From positions 79,050,001 through 79,114,000 of the forward strand of contig OX597815.1 of the NCBI GenBank assembly GCA_951406725.2: a stretch of DNA of 64,000 nucleotides. The letters are read 5' to 3'. Positions 13,432-27,072 of this stretch are shown piece by piece (the first letter of the stretch is position 1; each line of letters starts with the position of its first letter). A program made the translations under genes and the position numbers. This DNA is from Octopus vulgaris (taxonomy: Eukaryota). The notes below the pieces were generated by a model. It had not been told where the DNA came from. It saw only the letters and a program-made list of their open reading frames with translations, and searched no databases.

Positions 13432-14720
13432 TATTGGGTTAGCAACTAAGTTCCCGCCGTTTTTTTAAATTTTGGAATTTATTGCGTTTTTAAATTCTGG
13501 AATCTATTTTTTTGGAGAATTCTATTTTTGAATCATTTTGGAATCTTTTTTTTTTTTCTAGTTAATTTTAGTTAATTTTTGTTTATTTTCAGATCATTAA
13601 AATGGAATATCAAGTTAAGAAAAACGAGCATTTTCGACACCTTCTTTTTGCTTTTAATCAAGGTTCTAAGGCCGCAAAAACTGCTTGCGACATTTGTGCT
13701 GTGTATGGAGAGGGTGCCATAGCTGAAAGAACCGCTCATGATTGGTATGCTAAGTTCAAAAATGGAAATTTTGTCCTCAAAGATGCACCTCGTTCTCGCC
13801 GTCCAGTTGAGTTCGATGAAGAGCGATTAAACCAACTTTTGCACGAAAATTCTCGTCAAACAACTAGGGAACTGGCAGAGAAAATGTAATGCTCCCACAC
13901 TGCTATAGAGAAGCATCTTCACTCAATGGGAAAGGTTCAAAAGTGTGGGGCATGGGTTCCGCATGCTTTAAGTGACAACAAAAATCAACGAACCACAATC
14001 TCCGCTGGGTTTGCTTGCTCGTCACCGCTCAACTCATGGACACAAGCAACGATTTCTTTACTGAATCGCTCCTGGCGACGAAAAATGGTGGCTGTACATC
14101 AATATGAAGCAGCGTAAGGAATGGCTTAGCACCGGTAAACAAGCGACACCGCACGCGAAACAAGATCATCCGCGTAAAACGATGTTGTGCGTATGGCGAG
14201 ACTCGGAAGGGATTATCCATTACGAATTGCTTGAACGGAACCAAACCGTCAACGTGGAATTCTATGTTCAACAGATGGACCGACTCAATACGGCTATTCA
14301 AGAGAAAAGACCTAATCGGCAGCATCGAGTTCATATGCTGCACGACAACACCTGCCCTCATATCGCCAATATGACCAAGGAAGCCATTCAAACGCATGGC
14401 TGGGAAGTGCTACCACACCCGCCGTGCTTTTCTGATTTCGCACCAACGGATTTCCACCTCTTTCGATCTCTTTCAAATGCTATGCGCGGAGTTTCGTTAA
14501 ATACTGACGCAGAATTGAGAGCTTGGTTGGATCAATTTTTCGAGTCGAAATCGGGTGATTTCTACGAACGAGGTATTGAAAATCTTGTTGAACGTTGGGA
14601 AGAAGTTGTAAACAACAAGGATGAATACATTATTGATTAATTAGTTGTTATTTTTTATTAAACCTATTAAAAAATTTTAATTAAAAAAAAAACGGCGGGA
14701 ACTTAGTTGCCAATCTAATA
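13432..14720 (+). mobile_element. full-length mariner (DD34D, mellifera-subfamily-like), defective
   Basis: TIRs TATTGGGTTAGCAACTAAGTTCCCGCCG / CGGCGGGAACTTAGTTGCCAATCTAATA, TA flanks, ~1.29 kb. Confidence 0.95.
13602..14640 (+). pseudogene. mariner transposase pseudogene
   Basis: HTH N-terminus, WVPHAL, GDEKW, HDN-x34-D (FSDFAPTDFHLF, resembling YSPDLAPSDYHLF); internal stop at 13887-13889 and a frameshift near 14010. Confidence 0.95.
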
Positions 14721-15350
14721 TATTATGTCTTTCATATAATTCTCATTTTTTTTTTCCATTTCGCCTATTGAACACCCTTTGGCTGACATATACTTGACTT
14801 CGTTTTTTTTTTTCTTTGGTTTTCCTCTTTTTGTATCGTTGTCCAATCCACAGATGATATTTTCCTGTGTAAATATTTGGACGCAGTATCGCATGCAAAC
14901 AAAGCACTTGTGAATTTTACAATGCTCCTCCAGCACAAACCCAACTCGTTGAACTTTAAAGTGTTTTGGCCATACATCTTCAAACTCACTGTACAGCATC
15001 GAATACATTATACATTAAATATCGAATCCACATGATTCCCATGTTGTAATGTTTACTGGATCGTTCTGTTACGACAAAATGTTTCATCAGCGGCAGTCGA
15101 GGATTTAAATTCCCTAGCAATGGGGTAGAAGCTTCGGTATAATAAAAACGTTAACTTTAGTATTAATTTATTCTCATTTTGATGAGTAACCAGTATAAAC
15201 TGACTTTGGATCAGTAAATTTTCGGGTACTTTTCTCGGTTAAAACTCTCAGTTAACTATTTGGTTTGGTGGCACAATTCCTATTTGTTGCTGTAATTTTT
15301 GTTTGAATTACATATAATAATATGTGTATGCGCATATGCGTGTGTGTACA

Positions 15351-15864
15351 TCTATATATATAAAACTGTAGTTGTGTGAGTGTCTGTCCCCTTCGATTTA
15401 GATTCCTAACTACTCCCACATTTTGCGGTGCAGTTTAACCAAATTCGTGTATCTTATAGTCGTGTTTCATATCGAGCCCGTCTGGCTATTAGCGCGCGTC
15501 TACGATGAGTCTACGATTTTAAAAATAATTTAACATCATTTTTTATTCCATTTTAATGCATAATTTTTCGTGTGTCGATGGCGGCGGAGTTGGCGTCCAT
15601 GGTCACACCTGCACCTGTTTGCATCTCCCCCCTTCTTCCCTCCCTCGTGAAGCTGTGGGGAAGGGAGTGTAAGCAAATCAACGTCGTAAAGCGTTGTCAA
15701 GGAGACCAGCGTTCTTTTAGAACAACGACTTCATGGCTTGAAGACACCAAAACAGAAATGGCTAAGAAAGCCCGAATTGGCATCTATAAGGGAAGTAACT
15801 CTATAAAAATGCTTATATAGTTATTTCCCTTACAAACCCGAGCAACGCCGGGCGATACTGCTAG
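15351..15864 (+). mobile_element. non-autonomous Helitron (second copy)
   Basis: A|TCTATATATATAAAAC...CCCGAGCAACGCCGGGCGATACTGCTAG|T. Confidence 0.9.
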
Positions 15865-16164
15865 TATATATATAAATCTTTATTTGATATTAATGAAGAG
15901 CACAAGAGTTATCTATAAATACTTATCAATATAGTATTCCATTATAGGGACAGCACTTCTGCGAAACGATCGTAAGATGCTTTAAAAACTTAATTCAAAA
16001 CTTTTAAACTGTCATATACATTATATATTTATATTGATACATATTTACATATATTTTTATACATACTGATATTTTTGATACAACAATTACTTTACACATG
16101 TATATATCTTTCTGAAGAATTTTCTCATATTGATTTCCTAATATTAATAATAATATATTATAAA

Positions 16165-16165
<1 letters not shown>

Positions 16166-16195
<30 letters not shown>

Positions 16196-16272
16196 TGTAT
16201 GTATGTATGTATGTATGTATGTATGTATGTATGTATGTTGTATGTATGTATGTATGTATGTATGTATGTATG

Positions 16273-16308
<36 letters not shown>

Positions 16309-16380
16309 TATATATATACATATATATACATACACATACACACATGCACGCACGCACGCACACACACACACACACATATA
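16166..16380. repeat. (TATG)n/(TA)n/(CA)n compound microsatellite
   Basis: Read directly. Confidence 0.97.
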
Positions 16381-17507
16381 TAGGTGTGTACACACAGGGA
16401 TATGAATGACATCTAATGCTAAAGTACAACTTACTGTTTAATATAGGAATTGCTGATGAAGCGTAATGATGAAGAAAAACATGCGTTCTGCACCCTGATG
16501 ATGTCATTCATAACCCAGCGGTGTGTTTCCGCCTATATTGTCTATAAAGAGAAAATTTTTCTAAAGACAGTTTCCGCAGCGTGGTCTTTCAAGGCCCAAA
16601 TGTTCAATATAACTGTGCTTATTTATATTTCAATCAACACTGCTTCGTGTACCTCTGGTCAACATACACGCACACACACACACATTTTCTGCTATAGCTT
16701 CCGAGGCTACAGCAGAAGATACTCGCCCAAGGTGTCACTTAGAGAGATTGAATCCAGAATGATGTGGTTAGGAAGCGAGATTCTTACCACAGTCACTTTT
16801 CTTATGTGTGCGTGTTTGTGTAAGAAAAGCGGTATTAGTAATTCATTTTATCCCATAACATGATAGCATGACATTTTAAAATAATATAATACTTTGATTT
16901 TACCAAGCAGCTTTCAGCTTCGCAGAAGTTGTCGGTTTTGTTGGGGGGTCGTGGATGTAATTCCCAACCAATTACAGTCATCGTTAGCGGCTCACCTTCA
17001 CCGAGGTGTCAGGTGGTGCCTGTGAGGATATTTGGCTGTTCCAACGCCTTAGCCTTGCCATTGCCCGCGGTAATGTCACGAGCGTGTTGGCTTGCTTCTG
17101 TAGGTACCGTTGAACCTTGTGGTGTGCGACCAATTGAGGCACTTTGTGCTGAATTGATGTTTTTATTTCCTGTTTTCTTTCTTTGTTCCTCTTTTTCCTT
17201 TTCTTTTTCTCTCTCGGTTTTGGATTTGTATCATATACATATATGTTATATTCCAATAAATTTTCAGAATTTCTTCAATTATCTGAAAAATAAAATTACA
17301 GTTTCAATTCATATCAAAGACAAGTCCTCGCAATGGAATCTTTCCATTCGAGTACGACTGGAAATGACATGTATGACTAACAAGTCATACTAGCAAGGAA
17401 GAAGGTTCAACCATGGATTGAACACGTGTCGCTGACTCATTTTACAATGTGTTTACCAACACTCTTATTTCCACACATAAACGTTTATACAAACAAAACC
17501 AAATAAT

Positions 17508-17750
17508 GCGAGGCCTAGTGGGTAGCGTGTTGCACACAAGATTGTGGTTTCGATTACCGGAATGTGCAGTGCTTTGAGTTTTGGACCAAAACTCTTTATT
17601 TTGCGCTGCTCCAATTCACAGAGTTATAAACGGGTAACCCTGCGGCGCACTGGCGTTTCGTTTAGAGGGAATGTTATAATCTCAGTCACTTGTACGCCAA
17701 GGAAATCGGGTAACTGATCCTATGAGTCATTAATGACCCAGTACATTCAT
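17508..17750 (+). mobile_element. degenerate tRNA-derived SINE
   Basis: GGCCTAGTGGGTAG box-A-like and GGTTTCGATTACC box-B-like; related reverse copy at ~29670-29935. Confidence 0.55.
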
Positions 17751-18169
17751 TAAAGTTAAGGAGGTCGCTAATAGTCCAATGGGTGATCATGGCTAGATTA
17801 CCTTTGATAAGAGATCTGATACACGAAAGTGGGATGGTTTTATAAAGTAGTTCAATCTGCTAGAAATAGCAGTCAAATCTTCCTCAAATCACATCACACC
17901 GCCTTAAAACAAGCAAGAACAGTTTGATAATGTTCTGTGTTTATACAAGCAGACCAGATAGTCACGAGTGGAATACCTTTGATCGTAGGTCTGTTGAACT
18001 AGGTCAACTCTAATTGAGTAGACCCACTATCAAAGAAAAACAATAACAAAAGTTAACAACATCAGCAGTAGCAGTAACAACGACAATAATACAGCAGCTG
18101 ATACACTGCTGGGACGGCAGCTATGACTATGTGTAAGCTATGACTCAATATTGATTAAAATAGTAAATA

Positions 18170-18331
18170 GGGGCAGGAGTGGCTGTGTGGTAAGTAGCTT
18201 GCTTACCAATCACATGGTTCCGGGTTCAGTCCCACAACGTGGCACCTTGGGCAAGTGTCTGCTACTATAGCTTAGAGCTGACCAAAGCCTTGTGAGTGGA
18301 TTTGGTAGACGGAAACTGAAAGAAGCCCATC

Positions 18332-18397
<66 letters not shown>

Positions 18398-18565
18398 CGA
18401 TTTGTGCGTCTGCGTTTGTCACCCCACCATCGCAAAACAACCGATGTTGGTGTGTTTACGTCCCTGTAACTAACAAAGAATAAGTCCTGAGGTCGATTTG
18501 TTCGACTAAACACAGTGTTCCTGCATGGCCGCAGTCAAATGACTGAAACAAATAAAAGAGTAAAA
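18170..18565 (+). mobile_element. tRNA-derived SINE (family A, CORE-like, internal TA/TG microsatellite)
   Basis: Box A TGGCTGTGTGG, box B GGTTCAGTCCC, CCTTGGGCAAGTG core-like block, AAAAGAGTAAAA tail; more than 10 copies in the window. Confidence 0.9.
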
Positions 18566-18571
18566 ATACGA

Positions 18572-18621
<50 letters not shown>

Positions 18622-19229
18622 TTGTGTGTGTATATACCTGTCTATGCGCGCGCAAACACACATAATTGCACGACACTCCTTTTTTTTATTTTTATGTAGC
18701 TCAGTCCTTTAAATTCTGTGCTCTTGAAGTTTCGGCGTTGGGTATCTGTGAAAAGGACATATTATTTAGGGATTGTATTTGTTGGGTTTTTTTCTATCGA
18801 AAAAAAAAAAGACAAAAAATAAATCTAAATACTGCGAGGAAAATCATCTGTTCAAATAATTTGTATTTTGATGATGACTCAGTCTCACACAGTACCCTTT
18901 CCAATTCTAATCAATTGTACTTGGCGAGAGCAAACAAACATGTATAAACATGTTTAGATCCGATAGTAACTATAGTTTACTTCAACTTGCTGGTTTTATA
19001 TTTTTCATTTGTTTTTTCTTTCTACTTTTCTTTTCTTTTCTTTTTCCCAGTTCTATCTTGATTTTAAAGAGAGAAAATTACAATACCAAATAGAAATGTA
19101 AATGAGATTTGGTAGTCTTGGTCTTATCTGATAACTAATTGGTTCATTAATAAAATTTAAATGTCTACAAAGCCTCAGTCTACAAATGCATTGCAAATAA
19201 CAAATACTAGTGGTACACTTTAGAGGAGT

Positions 19230-21037
19230 TTAATAGTGATTCTGGCAAGAGTGGGTCACTGGTCCATTTGGACCAATCAATGGCTTTTGATAGGGTTGAC
19301 CATCGGTACCTGGTGTCCGTTCTGTCGCAGTTCGGCCTGGTTCATGGCTTCCTCAGGTGGATCATTCAGATTTATGACAACGTCGACTCGGTAGTTCGAT
19401 TCGCCATGGGTGTACGCTCTCCCCGCTTTTGTATGTAGTGGCTCTTGAGTCATTACTACGAAAATTGAGCGGCATCCCAAGACAGCCAAGTTATGGAAAG
19501 TCGGCTTCACCATCATCGTAACCGAAATGGATCACCTACAGAGGGTAGGCAAGGCCATTAAGGTTTACGAGCCGGTGGCTGGAGCAAAGGTTAATCATGA
19601 AAAGTCAGTCGGCTTGCAACTCGGTACCAGGAGAGGCAAGTCGATGTCTCATGACAGCGTTGTGGAACGTTGGACGGAGGGTCCGATTAAGTTGCTAGAA
19701 GTTTGGTTCGGACCAGACCTCCAAATAGAGAACTGAACCGAGGTATCGAGCAGGGTGACCCACATAGTCAAAACTTGGTCTTGGCGGTGGCTATCCCTGA
19801 AAGGGAGGGCGGAGGTAGCCAATGTGTTCATCGCATCGGTCATCACCTACCGCCTAACCGTCGTTCCTTGCTCTGATTCGTGGTTGATCAAGCTGGAAAG
19901 ACAGCTCTTAGACTTCTTGTGGAAAGGTTCGAAACCGCTTGTAAGACACTTTATTTGCTGCTAACAACCGTTAATAGGTGGGCTAAGGATACCTTGGCTG
20001 TTGATGCGCAGACATATGCTGAGGTTGAGGCATCAGTAGCTGTACCTGGTTGGTGAACGGGTGTGGTCTCCGCTAGTGAAACGGATATTCCTAAGTTCAC
20101 TAGTTTCGGTGGACGGGAAACCTGGTTATATCGAAGATCGAGTTGGGTATATGGTTTACAGAGTGTCGCAAGGCTCTCCTGCTATTCCGCCGCTCGAGCA
20201 ATGCCTGTAGTGGAGGTCCCACCGCATTCTTTTCTAGAGGGCTTGTAGAGGAAACCCTAGATCTCGACGATAATCAGCTGGCCAGTCTGTTCCGACGTAC
20301 ATTCAAGCCGAAGACCCTGGACAACTTTCAGAAGTCTCTGGCATGGCAGTGTTACCCAGGAGCCTTACCTGTTCGGGACAAGCTCACAAGGCATGATGGC
20401 CAAGGCCCTTCGACCTATCCAAGATGTGGGCGGGATAGGGAAACCGTCCCATACGCTATTATTCAGTGTTCGGAGGTGTCAGACGTGTGGGTTTGAGCCG
20501 AACAACTGTTGTCAAGTGCAAGAAGAGTACAGCTGTCGACTGAGTCTATAGTAAAAATTGACCCACCTGATTTCCTATCGAAAGAAGGTAAGAATTGTTT
20601 TCTCATTGTAGTAGCAATTGCGAGAGAGGCGATTTGGAAGACGAGGCTGAAAGGGTTAGAGTCAGGCAATTTCATCTCTGGCCCTGAATTGATGAATTAC
20701 TTCACCTTTCACCTTAAAAGGAAAATAGGGCTAGAGAGAAAATGCCTGACTGTGAAAATGTTCGGAAATCGATGGAAGAATGTAGCACGGATGTTGCGTA
20801 TGAATGTAACCTCATGAATACGACACAGGACGTATCCCAGGTATCAGTGGCGAGGCGGGGCTCGTGGGATCCGAATTAACCCCCCCACTCCATCCGTAAT
20901 GTCTTCCGGTCTGTCCTTTCATTCGATTTCTTTATATTTTCATATTTTGTGAATTTTTAATCTCATTCGTTCATCTGACTCCAAATCAGATTGTGTTGTC
21001 CCCTTCTATGATGTCCCCTAGTGGGAAATAAAAAAAT
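19230..21037 (+). mobile_element. 5'-truncated L1/Tx1-clade LINE, ORF2 pseudogene
   Basis: LDQSMAFDRVDH RT motif, GAKVNHEKS, LSLKGRAEVAN, FLWKG, degenerate CCHC region ALPVRDKL..PRCGRDRETVPYAIIQC; stops and frameshifts; A-rich end ~21030. Confidence 0.9.
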
Positions 21038-21378
21038 CAGCTTATATTTCCAGAGAAGCATACTTTCAACGTATTGCATAATTTAGTTCACTTTAGCATA
21101 TGGAATTTGATAAAAGATTATTATACATAAAGTGTAAATATCTAAAAGTTAATTACAGGAAATCAATGAAATATTCAAACGATGGATTATTTAACCTTCT
21201 TTTTTTTTTACATGGGTAACATTTTTTAATATTTACAAAGAAGTTGTAACAGACATGATTTACCAATACCACCTGTGGTGTCATACAAACGAAACACGTC
21301 ATATAGAAATCAATACCAAGTTACAAACTATGTTTGTCGGCGCCTGGGTGAACGCACCGTAGCATCCATTTATTGGAT

Positions 21379-21759
21379 TTTTACTATTTTACTTGTTTCA
21401 GTCATTTGACTGCGGCCATGCTGGAGCACCGCCTTTAGTCGAGCAAATCGACCCCAGGACTTATTTTTGTATGCCTAGTATTTATGCCGAACTGCTAAGT
21501 TACGGGGATGTAAACACACCAACATCGGTTGTCAAGCGATGTTGGGGGTGGGTGGACAAACACAGACACAAGCATTTACACACACACATACATATACATA
21601 TATACGATGGGGTTCTTTCAGTTTCCGTCTACCAAATCCATTCACAAGGCTTTGGTCGGCCCGAGGCTATAGTAGAAGACACTTGCCCAAGGTGCCACTC
21701 AGTGGGATTGAACCCGGAACCATGTGGTTGGTAAGCAAGATACTTACCACACAGCCACT
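21379..21759 (-). mobile_element. SINE family A
   Basis: Reverse complement of the 18170-18565 family. Confidence 0.9.
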
Positions 21760-21917
21760 GTTTTATCCCTTATAAATAATATTAGTTATTGTTGTTGTTG
21801 TCGTAATTGCTTAAGCCCACATAAGCCCTGATTAAACAGACATAAGATCAAAATCTTTTCATTTATGACCAGTCCATTTCACTGTATATCTAATCACGCC
21901 TTATTAGTATTATTACT

Positions 21918-22412
21918 TGTGCAACAGATTCGAAACTGAATCGCTGGATAGCCGAGTAAACATCACGGCTAAATCATTGTCGTTTCACGTGATCGGTCTA
22001 ATAACCGACCAATCAGCATCAACCTATCACGTGTGTCGATTTCTAGAATCCTTTCATTGAGCCCTATAAAATTTTGGCTTTTTAGTGGCAACTCTAGAAT
22101 GTATGACAGCTGTCTGTAAAATGTTGAGGCAACCGCTTGATGTCTCCATTCTCATGGCAGTTAGAAGATGCAGAACTTGTCGTCACGAATATAGTGCGAT
22201 TATTTTGCTATATACCATTTAGATTTCTGTAGATCCTCGTAGTATGTCTCTCCTGGTGTGTGATTGTCGCTGTTATTTTTCGTCCAAAAAGCAACACAGA
22301 AAATACTATGTACAGTAAATAAACCTTCTGTTAATTTCTCGTGAAGTTCGTGAGCGTTTGTTAATCATTTTTACATGCAGACCTAGAAAGACATTTTCGT
22401 TTTCCACCAACA
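21918..22412 (+). mobile_element. possible solo LTR
   Basis: TG...CA ends, CCAAT, CTATAAAA (~22064), AATAAA (~22318); no convincing TSD. Confidence 0.3.
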
Positions 22413-22612
22413 TCAATTATACAAATGACACCTCACGACACTAGCATACCCGTGTCGTTAAAAATGCCAATAGTCTTATTTATGATTGAAAATAGTACAT
22501 CAGAATATTGGGAAAAACATGGAGCAATCAAGTAAATATATGTACATACACTGAAAGGAAGCAGTTGAACAATCAGATATGGTTGAAAATATTATCAGCT
22601 ATGTAATACACA

Positions 22613-22643
<31 letters not shown>

Positions 22644-23004
22644 GAAACATCTACTTTTCGATGTTTGCATGGATCAGACAGATTTTGTATAGCGGGACAC
22701 CATTTCCACCACTAACCCTCACCTGCTTCCAGGTAAGGATTAGTGACGGGAATGGCATCTATGCCCAAACAAGATTACGTGGAAGACTGGAAACAAAAAA
22801 CACCTCTTGCACGACAGTGACATTCGCTTAAAACTACTGCCCGATGGCAAAGCAAGGAGACAGTAAAACACACACACACAGAACCACATATACATACACA
22901 TCAAGTTGAACATTGGTGTAAGCGTGATGTTCTGGTGATCTCATGAGCAAGCTTTCTTTATTTCCATTGATTCGTGAATATACAATTTTACTATATAATG
23001 AATG

Positions 23005-23125
23005 CCGAGCGTAACTGACTGGCACCCCGTTGATTCGATCAACGGAACAGCATACTCGTGGAATTAACGTGCAAGTGGTTGAGCACTCCACAGACACCTG
23101 TACCCTGAACGTAGTTCCCAGAGCG
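23005..23125 (-). mobile_element. 3' tail of the tRNA(Arg)-related SINE
   Basis: Shares AACGTAGTTC.C with the end of the SINE body at ~12133-12150. Confidence 0.55.
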
Positions 23126-23424
23126 ATTTAACAACAGACTTTCAGTTTCCATCTACAAAATCCTCTCAAAAGGATTTGGCCAGCCCGAGGTTACTGCGAG
23201 GTTGAGCAGCAAACTTTTTACTACACACGTGCGCGCACGCACTCATACACACACACATTTATATATGCATTGATGCATGTGCATACATATACAGATGTGT
23301 GTGTGTGTGTGTGTGAATGTGTTATGCCTTACTTGGTAGAAGAAATAAGGGTTAGTATCAGGAGAGGTAAGTATAGAACACGGACTAAAATGAAAGAAAG
23401 AAAAAAAAAAAAACAATGAAAGAA

Positions 23425-23832
23425 TGCGCAGACGTGGCTGCGTGGTAAGAAGCTTGCTTCCCAACCAGATGGCTCCGGGTTCAGTCCCACCCTGTCACAT
23501 CTTGGGCAAGTGTCTTCTACTATAGTCTCGGGTCGACCGAAGCCTTGTGAATGGATTTGGTTGACGGAAACCAAAAGAAGCTCGTCATAAATGTGTGTGC
23601 GTGCGTGCATACGTGTGTGCGTACGTACATGCGCGCGCGCGTGTGAGTGTGTGCGCGCGTATATCTGGTATCTGTGTTTGTCTCCTACCACCACTTGACA
23701 ACCGGTGTGTTCATGTATCTGTAACTTAGTGGTTTGGTATGAAACCGATGGAATAAGTACTAAGCTTTAAACCAAGAATTCTTCAAAGCAGCGCCCCACC
23801 ATGACTGCAAACTAATGACTGAAACAAGTAAA
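23425..23832 (+). mobile_element. SINE family A (diverged)
   Basis: Same head, core and tail motifs as 18170-18565. Confidence 0.85.
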
Positions 23833-24324
23833 ATGTGTGTGTGTGTAAACAGAGTTAGCGGTTATAGTAACCGACTAAGGGATAAAATATCCATATATAC
23901 TATCGGTATCCGTTACCTATATTATCCCGGGGCAGTGGTGTGCAGGTACACCATGCACGTAGAGAGCAGATAACAACAGGATAAACAAGAGTTTATCAGG
24001 AACAAATGCAAATAATTAGAAAATGGAGAAAACTACAGACTAACCAACACATCGACTGGACCATATTTAGAACTTATTTTTCAATACAAAGCATGACATA
24101 ACACACGTTGCGTCCATCGCTGCTGCAGAACAAGAGAAAGTCTTAAAGCCCAGATGCGAACCTGCCAGAGATGAATATATATATATATATTAATCAGCCG
24201 AAATTGCGAGGATGATCCGGTTCTTGACTGAAGATTAGAGGCTTCGAATGACCCGTCCATTTTTTGTGTCGTCTATTTGAGTGTTTTGCATTCTTGTCCC
24301 ATTTTGTATTTTTATATATATTTT

Positions 24325-24395
<71 letters not shown>

Positions 24396-24707
24396 TAGCA
24401 TACTCGTGTCGTCAAAAATGCCGACAATTTTATTAATGATCATTAATACAATGGGAGAAACCATAGATAAGTGTCAGCAATCTTGTAAGTATATGTATAA
24501 CATAGAATTGATGTACTTGAAGAATCAGATATGGTTGTAACGTCTCGGTTGAAAATATTACTCCCATGATACATGTGTGTATGTGTGTATGTGTATAATC
24601 ACGCGTATGTATATATATATATAGAGAGAGATATATATACTTTTTACAAACGATATATACTTATATATATATTTCTATATAGACATATCTCTGCCCCCCT
24701 CCCCCCT

Positions 24708-24765
<58 letters not shown>

Positions 24766-25099
24766 CGTTCACATAGCATTTAGATATAGGCGATATTACA
24801 TGAACGATAAAATTAAAAGTGTTTAATATTTACTTTCATATATGTATGTGTGTGTGTATGTATGTGCATGTATGAGTGTATGAAACTGCTAAACTAAATA
24901 CAATTTACAATAAAAATATGCTGTTCTATATTGATTAAACTACCAGCGCCTTTAGAGCAAAACTTTTGAATGTTGTCCGCCTGCTTTACCGCTTTGACTG
25001 TCATTCACTCCCAATCCGTTTGTTGTTTTACTCTGCTTTCCTCTAGCGTGACTTGGAGGACACACAATGCGTTTTATATGTAAGATAAATATATATATA

Positions 25100-25562
25100 C
25101 TAGACTACTCGTGACCCGTTGGGTCACCAATACTTCAAGGTACTCGAAAAACGCGTTTCTCGGGAATCTGTGGTCCGATTTAGGTGAAACGTCTGTTATT
25201 TCATATTTAAAGAATACTTACTGTACAAACAACTTACATTTTTGAAATCACATTCGCTTAAAAATATTTCTAAATGATTAAATCATCGTGTTTAACGTCA
25301 TGTGGCTAATCGAAAGGTTAGAGTTTCTTTCCTTTCTGGGTTAAGTTATTTTCCGAGTATTTTCCCAGTATGCACCGTTTTGAGTATTTATACCCCCGAA
25401 ACTCCCAAGAACCAGTGGTCCGATTTAAGCGAAACTTGTTTTATTTCGTTTGCATTCACATTTCAGGGGAACCTTAATTCATAGTATTTTACCATTATGC
25501 GCCAGTTTAGCTGTGTAACATTGCAAGCAAGCAAGCAAGCAAGATTGAAGTTCATTTTTATA
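25100..25562 (-). mobile_element. Helitron-like non-autonomous element (short derivative)
   Basis: CTAG terminus at 25100 with perfect hairpin GTGACCC-GTT-GGGTCAC 7 nt inside; 25215-25560 is homologous to 26610-27010. Confidence 0.7.
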
Positions 25563-25565
25563 ATA

Positions 25566-27008
25566 CAAGACTACCCCTGATCCGTTGGGTCGCTAACAGT
25601 TTAAGTTACCCGAAAAAAACCCGCATATCTCGGGAATTCGAAGTCCGGTTTACGCGAAACTTATTCTGTGTGTATTCACATTTCAATGGTACCTTACTTT
25701 CAAAGCATTTTTTCCATTATACGCCATTTTGGCTATTTATAAAGGTACCCGAAAAACTGTGTGTCTCGGTAACCTGTGGTCCGATTTATGCAAAACTTGT
25801 TTTATTACATTTGTATTCACATGAGCATCCGATTCGTGATGTCTCCTGCTTTTGTCTCTTTCCCTGTTTCACCAGATGCTGAGCTCTCTGAGTGTCCGAT
25901 TCCTGATCTCTTCTGCTTCTGTCTCTTTCTCTTTGTTCCGCCAGACGCTCAGCCCTTGCTTTATTAGTCTCATCGATTCTTCTATTCGCATGCCTATTCC
26001 GATCTTATGTAAATATTTCGTAAAGGACCCGTTCGTACTTCGGTGCCAAATAGGTTTTTTCGAGTGCATTCAACGTATCTCACCTCCAAACCCACCCCAA
26101 GCCACTTTCTTCCGGAAAAGAAAGGGTGAAGGGTTGTGGCGACCTTGAAGTTTCCCACCAACGGAGTTTTATTTCGTGAGTTTTTCTTTTCTTTTCCAGG
26201 TTATTTCGCATGCTTTTTAAGAAACTGACATCGAAATACGCGTAAACTGCTCCTTTCTCTAGAAAATAAAAGATTTAGCTACTATTTCTTGCACGCCCTG
26301 CTACCACGTAACAGCTATTTCGGGTCCTTTATCGCAAATAGTTGTCACGTGGTAACAGGGCGTGCAAGAAATAGCAACCAAATCTTTGGAGGTGAGATAC
26401 GTTGAATGCATTAAAAAAAAACCTATGGGAAAAATTATTTCACACCGAGGTTACGAACGGGTCTTTTACGAAGTATTTACCATATTTTTTAAGTTATTTT
26501 CATTTTAAAATATTTTTTAAATATGCCAAAAACAAAAAGGTTTGTATTCACTTGAAAATAATTTTAAAAAAACATTAAAATATTGTCTGTTTAAAGAAAG
26601 CTAAAATGTAAATACTGTACAAACAACTTACATTTTTGAAATCACATTCACTTAAAAATAGTTCTAAATGATTCTAATATTGTGTTTAACAAAAGCGAAA
26701 ATAGAAACATTTACTGTTAAAAACAACTCGTATTTTTTCGTTGGCAAGTTAAAGTCACTAATCGAAAGGTTAGACTTTCTTCCCTTTCGGAGTTAAGTTA
26801 TTTTCGGAGTAATTTCAAATTATGCACCGTTTTGAGTATTTATAGCCCCCAAATCCCTAATATCTCAAGAACCAGTTGTCCGATTTACGAGAAACCTGTT
26901 TTATTCCGTTTGTATTCACATTTCAGGGCACCTTAATTCATAGTATTTTCCCATTATGTGCCAGTTTGGTTGTGCAACATTGCAAGCAAGTAAGCAAGAC
27001 TGAAGTTC

Positions 27009-27012
<4 letters not shown>
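25566..27012 (-). mobile_element. Helitron-like non-autonomous element (long version, carries nested inverted-repeat insert)
   Basis: Degenerate terminus CAAGACTAC plus TGATCCGTTGGGTCG hairpin; internal GTGGTCCGATTTA subrepeats; same far end GCAAGACTGAAGTTCATT. Confidence 0.65.
26009..26480. mobile_element. MITE-like element with ~80-bp imperfect TIRs and an internal ~120-bp palindrome
   Basis: GTAAATATTTCGTAAAGGACCCGTTCGTA..TGCATTCAACGTATCTCACCTCCAAA versus its reverse complement at 26385-26480; inner palindrome 26269-26387. Confidence 0.75.

Positions 27013-27067
<55 letters not shown>

Positions 27068-27072
<5 letters not shown>

Noticed and set aside
14715-15008. Two overlapping minus-strand ORFs next to the mariner
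   Set aside because: No motif recognised; possibly a decayed transposon, but it cannot be supported.
16004-16507. YIHT/MYVC/THTH/IYIY ORFs here and throughout the window
   Set aside because: Translations of microsatellites.
16929-17280. GC-richer block with AATAAA and a 154-aa ORF; possible LTR
   Set aside because: No matching termini or TSD; the ORF is low-complexity.
24190-24260. CCGAAA ... CTGAAGA hammerhead-like boxes
   Set aside because: I could not build consistent stems I-III.
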